NCBI RefSeq assembly: GCF_900095195.1
Contig: NZ_LT606950.1
Location: forward strand, 757,207 to 789,206
From: Polynucleobacter necessarius
Lineage (GTDB): Bacteria; Pseudomonadota; Gammaproteobacteria; Burkholderiales; Burkholderiaceae
Direction: 5' to 3'
Length of the DNA: 32,000 nt
Below the pieces are notes generated by a model, which saw only the letters and a list, made by a program, of their open reading frames with translations, searched no databases and had not been told where the DNA came from. The position numbers were made by a program, and so were the translations under genes. Below, piece after piece: positions 9,982 through 18,273 of this stretch; within the stretch, counting starts at the first letter, position 1, and every line of letters begins with the position of its first letter.

Positions 9982-11150
9982 TAGGATACTTTAGACGATT
10001 TCAGCGGACTATGCTCGCCAAGCTCATTCACATATGCACCAATACCTTGGTGTTCACTTTCCAAAAAGTGTCCGATTGCCTCAGCAAAGCGCGGGTCTTG
10101 TATCCAGTGGGCAGATTGAATGCTGGTAGGCAGAAACCCACGCGCCATTTTGTGTTCACCCTGCGCACCACCTTCAAATGTCTGAATGCCATGGGCGATG
10201 CAGTATTCAATGGCTTGATAGTAGGCTGTTTCAAAGTGCAAGCACGGCACGCGTTCAATCGCGCCCCAGTACCTACCATAGGCTCTTGAGGATGAGTGAT
10301 CCACCACTAATAGTGAGGAGGCAATTGGACTGCCATTACGCTTTGCAATGATGAGGTGTAAATGCTCTGGCATTCTTTGAACCCAGAGCTTAAAGAATGC
10401 GGGTGTTAAGTAGGGGCTTGAGTGATGCTCTTGATAAGTATTTTGATAACAGTTGTAGAAAAATTCCCAATCGCTTGCCGTTGACTTTGTGCCCGGTAGA
10501 ACTACTGAAATCACGGGGTTTTTTGTTACGTGACTCGGTTCAGTTTCATTGGCATAACCAAGGCTTTCAAAGCTTTGAGTATTTTTTATCCGCCCTGACT
10601 ATGAAACGTCGCAAGAATATTCGTCGCGAACGCAAACAAGTATTGCGTGAAGGCATTTCATTTCGTCAGGTACCTCATGCGATAGCGGAAATAGAGTGTG
10701 TGCAGACGAGAGATGATTCTCGGTCAGAAGGGTTTTTAAGGCCCCAATCATGATCTTAGATATCTCCGTCAGATCTACGCTTGGTGAGCATAAGAGGCGA
10801 GGTCCTTGAACAGGGGTAAATGGAATGGCGCAGAGTACTTTTGGATAGTAGTTCAGCCCATTTTGTTCATAAGCTTGCGCCCAGGACCAATCAAACACAA
10901 ACTCACCGTAGGAATGCTGCTTTAGATAGAGTGGCATCGCTGCAATGAGATGCCCATCACGTTTGATGGCGAGATGAGCAATTTGCCATCCTGTGGCATT
11001 ACCTACGCAACCTGTTTCTTCAAGAGCGCTTAAAAATTCATATCTTAAGAAAGGTCCTGCATGTTGAGGAAGTAGAGCATTCCAGTCTACTGCAGAGACA
11101 TCGGTAATGCGATCGAGGATAGCGAATTGATATGAATCGTTACGCGTCAC
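9981..11150 (-). pseudogene. COG3146/DUF482 GNAT-like acyltransferase-family gene disrupted by an internal 172-bp inversion
   Basis: The N-terminal part lies on the - strand from 11150 to ~10675 (MTRNDSYQFAILDR...WQIAHLAIKRDGHLIAAMPLYLKQHSYGEFVFDWSWAQAYE...LSSAHTLFPLSHEV). The central part lies on the + strand from ~10499 to 10670 (ELLKSRGFLLRDSVQFHWHNQGFQSFEYFLSALTMKRRKNIRRERKQVLREGISFRQV). The C-terminal part lies on the - strand from ~10496 to 9981 (PGTKSTASDWEFFYNCYQNTY...YGRYWG...LHFETAYYQAIEYCIAHGIQTFEGGAQGEHKMARGF). The GTG start overlaps the gloA stop as GTGA. Confidence 0.82.
10495..10674. other. In-place inversion within the COG3146 gene (172 bp flipped, bounded by GGTA / TACC)
   Basis: GGTA lies at 10495-10498 and the palindrome GGTACC at 10669-10674. 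Flipping 10499-10670 gives a continuous frame ...SHEVELLKSRGFLLRD...GISFRQVPGTKSTASDWEFFY... Confidence 0.85.
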
Positions 11151-11538
11151 GCTGAACGTTGAATCAGTTCAATTTTGTAACCATCCGGATCGGTGACAAA
11201 TGCAATGATGATGTCGCCACCAGCAACGGGGCCAGCCTCACGAGTGACATTGCCACCCGCTGCTTTGATCTTGTCGCAGGCTACATAGGCATCTGGAACG
11301 CCTATAGCGATATGGCCATAGGTATTTCCGAGATCATAGGCATGAACCCGTAGTTGTAGGTCAATTCCAGTTCAGCCTGACCATCCGCGTTGCCGTTGCC
11401 GTATCCCAAAAAAGCCAATGCATATTTTTGTTCAGAACGTTCAGTGGTACGCAAAAGGTTCATGCCTAAGACCTGAGTATAAAAATCTATTGACCGCTGC
11501 AGGTCGCCAACACGCAGCATGGTGTGCAATAACATCAT
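11147..11538 (-). pseudogene. gloA: Lactoylglutathione lyase (glyoxalase I) with a single 1-nt frameshift
   Basis: [47 protein letters not shown]...ELELTYNYG is followed by a frame change at the C-run 11347-11349. It continues as [66 protein letters not shown]. Confidence 0.85.
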
Positions 11539-11541
11539 GCT

Positions 11542-13212
11542 TTACATTGCTCCATAGTTAGGCCCACCACCACCTTCGGGAGTGACCCAGACGATGTTTT
11601 GACTGGGGTCTTTGATGTCACACGTTTTACAATGTACGCAATTCTGCGAATTAATTTGCAAGCGCGGTTGACCATCCGCTTCGATATATTCATATACACC
11701 GGCAGGACAGTATCGCTGTTCTGGGCCTGCATATGTTTTTAGGTTGAGGCTAACTGGAATGGCCGCATCCTTCAAGGTCAGGTGAATCGGTTGATTCTCA
11801 GCATGGTTCGTGTTGGAGATAAAGACCGAGGAGAGGCGGTCGAAACTAATCTTGCCATCGGGTTTGGGATAGTCGATTAGCTGATGATGCGCAGCTGGTT
11901 CTAAACACTCATGATCAGCATGTTTTAGATGCACCGTCCAAGGTACATTGCCACCCATGACTTTTTGCTCCAAGCCAACCATGAGGGTGCCCAAATACAG
12001 CCCTTTGGACATCCATGCTTTGAAGTTGCGTGCCTGATTGAGTTCAGTATGCAACCAACTATGTTGAAAGGCGGCTGGGTAACCCGCTAGAACATCTGCA
12101 GAGCGGTTGTCGTTAATGGCTGCAACAGCGGCTTCTGCCGCCAGCATTCCCGTCTTAATCGCCGCATGACTACCCTTGATGCGAGACGCATTCAAATAGC
12201 CGGCATCACACCCTGTCAACGCACCGCCTGGGAATACGGTTTTAGGGAGACTATTTAATCCACCTGCTGTTAATGCACGAGCGCCGTAGGCGATGCGCTT
12301 ACCGCCCTCAAAGGTCTCCCGAATTTTTGGGTGCAATTTATAACGCTGAAATTCTTCAAAAGGAGAAAGGTAGGGGTTCTTGTACGAAAGACCAACGACC
12401 AATCCCACGGCAACCTTGTTATCACCGAGGTGATACAAGAAAGAGCCTCCATAGGTATCGCTTTCTAGGGGCCAGCCAGCGGTATGCACCACTAAGCCAG
12501 GTTTGCTCTTGGAGGGTTCTACCTCCCAAAGTTCTTTAATGCCAATGCCGTAGCTTTGAGGATCTGAATCTTTGTCTAGGTCAAATTTTGCGATTAATTG
12601 TTTGCCAAGGTGCCCGCGCGCGCCTTCGGCAAAGAGGGTGTATTTGCCGCGCAATTCCAGGCCGAGCTGAAATTGATCGGTAGGGTTACCTTCTTTGTCT
12701 AAATCCATTGATCCAGTGATTACTCCACAAACAGCGCCATTGGCATCGTATAAAACATCTGCAGCTGAGAAGCCTGGAAAAATTTCAACCCCGAGTGCTT
12801 CCGCTTGCTCACCGAGCCAACGCGTCACGTTTGCTAAGCTAGCAATATAGTTCCCCTCATTTTTAAAGCAGTGTGGCAACATCCAATTTGGCACTTGATA
12901 CGAATTGTCTGAAGTCAAAAATAAAAATTGATCTTGAGTGACTTCAGTATGCAGAGGGGCCCCCAATTCTTTCCAGTTGGGAAATAATTCGGTTAGCGCC
13001 ATTGGGTCCATCACAGCGCCAGACAAAATATGCGCGCCAATCTCCGAACCTTTTTCTAACACGCAAACGCTAATTTCCTTGCCAGATTCATGGGCAAGCT
13101 GCTTTGCTTTGATCGCAGCCGATAGGCCAGCAGGGCCGCCTCCAACAATGACCAGGTCGTAATCTATCGATTCCCTAGGCCCAAATTGTTCTACTAACTG
13201 CGCTTGGTTCAT
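11542..13212 (-). CDS. Electron-transfer flavoprotein:ubiquinone oxidoreductase (ETF-QO)
   Basis: 556-aa ORF with an FAD-binding N-terminus (DLVIVGGGPAGLSAAIKA) and a C-terminal 4Fe-4S region (...RYCPAGVYEY...NCVHCKTCDIKDP...WVTPEGGGGPNY). It appears intact. Confidence 0.92.
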   Translation of the reverse strand: MNQAQLVEQFGPRESIDYDLVIVGGGPAGLSAAIKAKQLAHESGKEISVCVLEKGSEIGAHILSGAVMDPMALTELFPNWKELGAPLHTEVTQDQFLFLTSDNSYQVPNWMLPHCFKNEGNYIASLANVTRWLGEQAEALGVEIFPGFSAADVLYDANGAVCGVITGSMDLDKEGNPTDQFQLGLELRGKYTLFAEGARGHLGKQLIAKFDLDKDSDPQSYGIGIKELWEVEPSKSKPGLVVHTAGWPLESDTYGGSFLYHLGDNKVAVGLVVGLSYKNPYLSPFEEFQRYKLHPKIRETFEGGKRIAYGARALTAGGLNSLPKTVFPGGALTGCDAGYLNASRIKGSHAAIKTGMLAAEAAVAAINDNRSADVLAGYPAAFQHSWLHTELNQARNFKAWMSKGLYLGTLMVGLEQKVMGGNVPWTVHLKHADHECLEPAAHHQLIDYPKPDGKISFDRLSSVFISNTNHAENQPIHLTLKDAAIPVSLNLKTYAGPEQRYCPAGVYEYIEADGQPRLQINSQNCVHCKTCDIKDPSQNIVWVTPEGGGGPNYGAM

Positions 13213-13371
13213 GCCGTTTCTCCGAAATTTCTAAAAAATGGGGTATTTCTGCCTAGATAGTTTAGTTCCAGCCGCCAAAAACCCATTTGGTGCTCGGACT
13301 ACCTGGCCCAAAGGGTCCGAAGCATTATGATTGCTTTTTTACCCTTTTTGGCAATATTTAGGACAAAAGTT

Positions 13372-14085
13372 ATGAATAAAACCTACCCATCGGCAGTAGA
13401 TGCCCTGCGGGATATCTTAAAAGATGGACAAAAACTGGCAGTTGGCGGTTTTGGTCTGTGCGGTATTCAGGGGCGAGCCCAGAGGCTCTCATTGCAGCGG
13501 TAAAGGAGCTTGGCGTACAAAATCTCACTGCGATTGCAAACAATGCTGGTGTGGATGGTTTTGGCTTAGGTTTGTTGTTGAATTCCCGCCAAGTTAAAAA
13601 AATGGTGGCCCCATACGTAGGTGAAAACAAAGAGTTTGAGCGTCAATACCTCGCTGGCGAATTGGAGTTGGAATTTACGCCCCAAGGTGCTTTGGCGGAG
13701 AAGTGTTAAGTGAGCCTGTGGTGGCGGCATTCCAGCCTTTTATACAAAAACAGGTGTAGGTACGCTGGTTGCTGAAGGTAAAGAGGAAAAAGAATTTGAT
13801 GGTGAGAAATATATCCTGGAGCGCTCTATCGTTTCTGATATTTCTCTAGTAAAGGCATGGAAAGCTGATAAGTCCGGGAACTTGGTGTATTGCTATACGG
13901 CGCGCAACTTCAACCAATTCGTCGCCATGGCTGGCAAGATCACCGTGGCTGAAGTCGAGGAGATTGTTGAGAATGGTCAATTGCATCCTGATGAAATCCA
14001 CACGCCAGGAATTTATGTACACCGTTTGGTGATTAACAAGACTCCAGAGAAGCGCATTGAACAGCGTACTCTCTCAGCAGCTTAA
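13372..14085 (+). pseudogene. scoA: Succinyl-CoA:3-ketoacid CoA-transferase subunit A pseudogene
   Basis: [32 protein letters not shown] is followed by an ~11-nt insertion (13468-13478). The gene continues as [75 protein letters not shown]. More frame breaks lie at ~13700-13880, then ...YTARNFNQFVAMAGKITVAEVEEIVENGQLHPDEIHTPGIYVHRLV. Confidence 0.85.
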
Positions 14086-14112
14086 TGATTGAAAAGAATT
14101 AGGAAGAACGAA

Positions 14113-14762
14113 ATGCCTTGGAATAGAGATGAGATGGCAGCACGTGCTGCTAAAGAATTAAAAGACGGTTATTACGTCAATTTGGATATTGGTATGCCAA
14201 CCTTGGTGGCGAATCATGTGCCCAAAGATATGGAAGTCTGGTTGCAGTCTGAAAACGGTTTGCTTGGTATTGGCCGTTTCCAACGGAAGCTACGATCGAT
14301 GCTGATTTGATCAATGCTGGTAAGCAAACAGTGACCACCTTACCTGGCTCTTCGATTTTTTCATCGGCAGATTCTTTCGGCATGATTCGTGGTGGAAAAA
14401 TCAACATCGCGATTTTGGGTGCGATGCAAGTAAGCGAGCACGGTGACTTGGCGAACTGGATGATTCCAGGCAAGATGGTTAAGGGTATGGGCGGCGCCAT
14501 GGATTTGGTTGCGGGTGTCAAGCACGTCGTCGTATTGATGGAGCACGTTGCTAAGAAGAAAGATGGCGCGGAAGAGTTGAAGATTCTTCCTAAGTGCACC
14601 TTGCCCCTAACTGGCGTCAAGGTCATTAGCAAGATCATTACGGATTTGTGTGTTCTGGACATTACGCCCAAGGGTCTCAAACTCATCGAGCTGGCTCCTG
14701 GTGTTACCAAGGAAGAAGTAATCGCCAAAACAGACGCCCCTGTAGACACTGCGGGTTTCTAA
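14113..14762 (+). pseudogene. scoB: Succinyl-CoA:3-ketoacid CoA-transferase subunit B with one frameshift
   Basis: [37 protein letters not shown]...[11 protein letters not shown] is followed by a frame break at the CC run 14274-14275 (expected GGC CCG TTT CCA). It continues as [69 protein letters not shown]... Confidence 0.85.
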
Positions 14763-14797
14763 CCCGCGTCACCATTTAATGGAATAATGGGTTCACG

Positions 14798-15901
14798 ATG
14801 TCGGGCCCCCATCATTTCCATTTCAAGCCATTTAAGTCTCAGTCTCCTGTGGGCTCGGATCCATCTTTGCATGCCCACAAGAAAGGGGATGCGCGACACT
14901 CTCATAGCAAACAAGTTGCCAATCAAAACCTTTTATTGATTGCAATGGTATTGACTCTCGGCTTTTCTGGAGTTGAGGGCGCCGCTGCTTATTTTGCCAA
15001 TTCTTTGGCATTGATTTCTGATGCGGGTCATATGGTCACGGATGCTGCAGCATTAGGATTGGCATTATTAGCGCAAATTATTTCCCGTCGTCCGCCATCA
15101 GCAAAACATTCATTTGGATTTGGTAGGGCAGAAGCCTTGGCGGCATTTGTCAACAGTATTGTGATGTTGGGTTTGGTAGTCTGGACTGTGGTGGAGGCTA
15201 TCAGTCGTTTTTATGACCCTCACAAAGTTGATGGCTTAACCGTTACTGTTGTTGCCGGTATTGGCTTGCTGATGAATGTTATTGTTGCTTGGGTGCTCTC
15301 ACGCGACAAGAAGGGTGTGAGCACGCGGGCTGCTTTGGTGCATGAGATAGGCGATTTACTCGGATCCGTTGCCGCACTAGTTGCGGGTGTTGTGATTCAG
15401 GTAACGGGCTGGATGCCGATTGACGCGATTCTCTCCATCTTGGTTTCCCTGTTGATCCTGAAATCCACCGTTTCTATCCTGCATGAGTCTTATCACTTCC
15501 TGATGGAGGGTGTCCCGCTGCACATTGACTATTTGCAAGTTGGCAAGGATTTAAGAAATGTTCCTGGCGTCTTAGCGGTTCATGATCTGCATGTGTGGGA
15601 GATGACGCCGAGCTTTCCGGCGTTGATTGGCCATATTGAAATTGCGGACATCATGGAGTGGCCTGCCATCATGGCGCGAATCAATGACATGCTTTTGGAC
15701 AAACATGGAATTGATCATGTAACCTTGCAGCCAGAGGAGGTTGGTGAGATTGCCGATGATGAAATACCAGATTCAGCCGTTTTCCATGACGACGATACCT
15801 TTTATGTTCAATGTTCAAGCGGTGAGGCGGGACACCGTATGCATACCACGCTTGGGGTAATCCCAAGAACCCTAAAGTATTGGTCTGCGTACATGGTCTA
15901 A
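14798..15901 (+). CDS. Cation diffusion facilitator (CzcD/ZitB-like) metal efflux protein
   Basis: 367-aa ORF with a His-rich N-terminus, a TM2 motif SDAGHMVTDAAAL, a TM5 motif VHEIGDLLGS and a C-terminal domain ...VHDLHVWEM...HVTLQPEE. The last ~45 codons lack family similarity and overlap the start of the next (decayed) gene. Confidence 0.8.
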   Translation: MSGPHHFHFKPFKSQSPVGSDPSLHAHKKGDARHSHSKQVANQNLLLIAMVLTLGFSGVEGAAAYFANSLALISDAGHMVTDAAALGLALLAQIISRRPPSAKHSFGFGRAEALAAFVNSIVMLGLVVWTVVEAISRFYDPHKVDGLTVTVVAGIGLLMNVIVAWVLSRDKKGVSTRAALVHEIGDLLGSVAALVAGVVIQVTGWMPIDAILSILVSLLILKSTVSILHESYHFLMEGVPLHIDYLQVGKDLRNVPGVLAVHDLHVWEMTPSFPALIGHIEIADIMEWPAIMARINDMLLDKHGIDHVTLQPEEVGEIADDEIPDSAVFHDDDTFYVQCSSGEAGHRMHTTLGVIPRTLKYWSAYMV

Positions 15902-16640
15902 CAAGACGTGGAAGTGATTTCAAGACATTGGCGCTAGCCATGTGCAATGACTATTACGTTGTTTGCCGTGATGTAGTTGGTTGTGGAGATTCGGATCGTT
16001 TAAGTAATCCCATGCAATACGCTGTTCCGCAATACGTAGCGGATATGACCGACCTCGTTAAACATCTCGGTGTCGATCAGGTGGATTGGTTTGGTACTTC
16101 CATGGGTGGATTGATCGGCATGGTCTATGCAGCAATGCCTAACTCACCAATTCGCCGTATGCTCATTAATGATGTTGGTCCTCGGATTGAGCCTGACGCG
16201 ATCAAGCGTTTGGGCTCGTATGTTGGTCAACCATTTCTTTCGCCAATCGCACCGATGCACTTAATCGTTTAAATCAAATTTGTGCGACATTTGGTGAGCA
16301 CACGCTAGCAGAATGGGAGATATATAACGGACCGATGTTGGTGCAACGTGATGGCATGTGGATCATGCACTATGACCCAAACATCTCGGTGCCATTTGCC
16401 TCAGTCAATCCCATCATGGCCAAGGCAGGTGAGATGGCGATGTGGCATGCGTTTAAGCAAATCCATATCCCCATGTTAATAGTCCGTGGCGGAGATTCGG
16501 ATCTCTTATCCGCCGCAACTGTTGCCGAGATGTGCAAAGTGAATCCTTATGCCCGCAGTATTGAGATTCATCACGTGGGTCATGCGCCAGCTTTTATCAA
16601 AGCAGAGCAAATTGCTTTAGCGAAGGAATTTTTTAGTTAA
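15756..16640 (+). pseudogene. Alpha/beta-fold hydrolase pseudogene
   Basis: The pieces lie in three frames. They read MMKYQIQPFSMTTIPFMFNVQ...; ...YAYHAWGNPKNPKVLVCVHGLTRRGSDFKTLA...VDWFGTSMGGLIGMVYAA (GxSxG nucleophile elbow); then, after a shift near 16235, ...ISFANRTDALNRLNQICATFGEHTLAEWE...MLIVRGGDSDLLS...HHVGHAPAF. Confidence 0.72.
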
Positions 16641-16663
16641 CCATTTGGTTTAATCTTTGCCTA

Positions 16664-17407
16664 TGGCAAATGTACCTACCAATCCAGAAAAACCATCTGT
16701 CTTCCAAGATGCTTGGTATGGTGAGCCTTCTCAGTCCCATGCTCTGGGCGCTGCCCAAATACTCGAGACCTTAAATCTAGATAGGAGGCTTTAGTAAAGC
16801 TAATTGGCGATGAGGCTACTAAGCTGTTCATTGGTTACCGAGGTTTACGACAGGCGCAAGCCAAATTAGTCCGCGAAGATAGCGGCTTAAGTATCTCCGG
16901 TCAAGAGGAGATGTTGCGCAAGATGCTTTTAGCATTTGGTGATGATTTGCGTGTGGTTCTCATTTATTTAGCATCGCGTTTATAAACGTTGCGCTGGGTG
17001 ACTCAAGAAAAGATAGAGATGCCATCAGCATGGGCGCAGGAGATTCTGAATATCGATGCTTCATTGGCAAACCGGTTGGGTATTTGGCAGATGAAGTGGG
17101 AGATGGAGGATTTGGCTTTCCGCGTACTGTCACCCGTTGTCTATCGTGATATTGCCAATATGCTCGATGATGAAGAGGCTTGGCAGATTGCCAAACACGT
17201 TGAGACTAAACCGGATGTCTCAGAAGTAAAAGCTACTTCACCCGAAATTGTTCTGCGACATAGTAGTTGTAAATCAGGGCAAGGGGGTGATGTCTTGGTG
17301 GTTGGCGTTGATTCATTGTTGATGCAACTAGCCCGCTGCTGCAGACCAGTGCCACCGGATGCTATTGCGGGATTTGTGACACGCGGCAAAAGTGTCTCGA
17401 TACACCG
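16664..17407 (+). pseudogene. relA: RelA N-terminal and central remnants, heavily deleted and truncated by the inversion
   Basis: MANVPTNPEKPSVFQDAWYG...ILETLNLD is followed by stops and frame changes. Later pieces read ...LIGDEATKLFIGYRGLRQ...EEMLRKMLLAFGDDLRVVLIYLASRL* and ...ANRLGIWQMKWEMEDLAFRVLSPVVYRDIANMLDDEE. The sequence then jumps to ...[37 protein letters not shown]. The (p)ppGpp-synthetase catalytic block that should lie between is absent. Confidence 0.85.
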
Positions 17408-18273
17408 CTTTAGTCATGGTGCCGATTAATGAATTTGGCAGCGAAGCGCAAAAGCAAAAATATCTTCCAAGTCTCGCTACTGGGGAGTGGATTGGTTGCT
17501 TTGGTTTAACTGAACCAAACTACGGCTCCGATGCTGGCGGCATGATTACCCGCGCCAAGAAAGTTCCAGGTGGATTTTCATTAACGGGCTCAAAGATGTG
17601 GATATCCAACGCACCGATTGCGGATGTATTTGTCGTTTTGGCCAAGAATGATGAAGGCGTCATCCGAGGGTATATTTTGGAAAAAGGCATGAAGGGTTTA
17701 AGCGCTCCGAAGATTGGCGGCAAGATGGGTCTGCGCGTTTCCATTACTGGCGAAATCGTGATGGACGATGTATTTGTGCCAGCAGAAAATGAATTCCCGG
17801 AAATTATTGGTTTAAAAGGTCCTTTTACCCGCTTAAATTCCGCTCGCCATGGAATCTCTTGGGGGAATTTAGGTGCAGCTGAATGGTGTTGGCATGCTGC
17901 CCGTCAATACACGCTGGATCGCAAACAATTTGGCAAACCCTTGGCGGCTAATCAACTGATTCAAAAGAAATTAGCGGACATGCAAACGGAAATCGCGCTC
18001 GCCTTACAAGGCTGCTTGCGTTTAGGCCGCATGAAAGATGAAGAGATTGCCGCTCCTGAAATCACCTCCATCATGAAACGCAACTCCTGTGGCAAATCCC
18101 TTGATATTGCTCGCATGGCACGCGATATGCATGGCGGCAACGGTATTTCAGATGAGTATGGCGTGGTACGTCATATGATGAATCTCGAGGTCGTCAACAC
18201 CTATGAGGGCACACATGATATTCATGCGCTCATCTTGGGTCGCGCACAAACAGGTATTCAAGCTTTTAGTTAA
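17404..18273 (+). pseudogene. gcdH: Glutaryl-CoA dehydrogenase, C-terminal ~290 codons, detached from the N-terminus by the inversion
   Basis: ...(T)[52 protein letters not shown]...[15 protein letters not shown]...[16 protein letters not shown]...[44 protein letters not shown]. It continues exactly where the 7199-6892 fragment stops. Confidence 0.9.

Larger units (their letters stand above)
6888..17407. other. Inverted chromosomal segment (~10.5 kb) with breakpoints inside relA and gcdH
   Basis: See finding 1. The halves of relA and gcdH lie in opposite orientation at the two ends. ACCG is present at both junctions (CGGT at 6888-6891; ACCG at 17404-17407). Confidence 0.85.

Noticed and set aside
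10397-10753. A 118-aa + strand ORF that could be annotated as a separate small gene between two - strand ORFs.
   Set aside because: Its conserved core is the missing central block of the surrounding COG3146 gene. The three ORFs are one gene with an internal inversion, not three genes.
11147-14300. The idea that the single-nt frameshifts are programmed ribosomal frameshift sites.
   Set aside because: These enzyme families are not known to use programmed frameshifting. I saw no slippery heptamer with a downstream structure. The sites are plain short homopolymers, consistent with mutation or sequencing error.
14177-14749. A 190-aa - strand ORF across scoB. Similar antisense or alternative-frame ORFs occur at 22542-23051, 6128-6523, 20224-20526 and 2052-2441.
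   Set aside because: Each overlaps a strongly supported gene or pseudogene on the other strand or in another frame, and none has family-like sequence. They are typical spurious long ORFs.
17392-18273. A 293-aa ORF that could be annotated as a stand-alone short acyl-CoA dehydrogenase with a GTG start.
   Set aside because: It lacks the whole N-terminal domain, which lies 10 kb away on the opposite strand. Its first residues (MSRYTA) are read from relA-derived sequence across the inversion junction.
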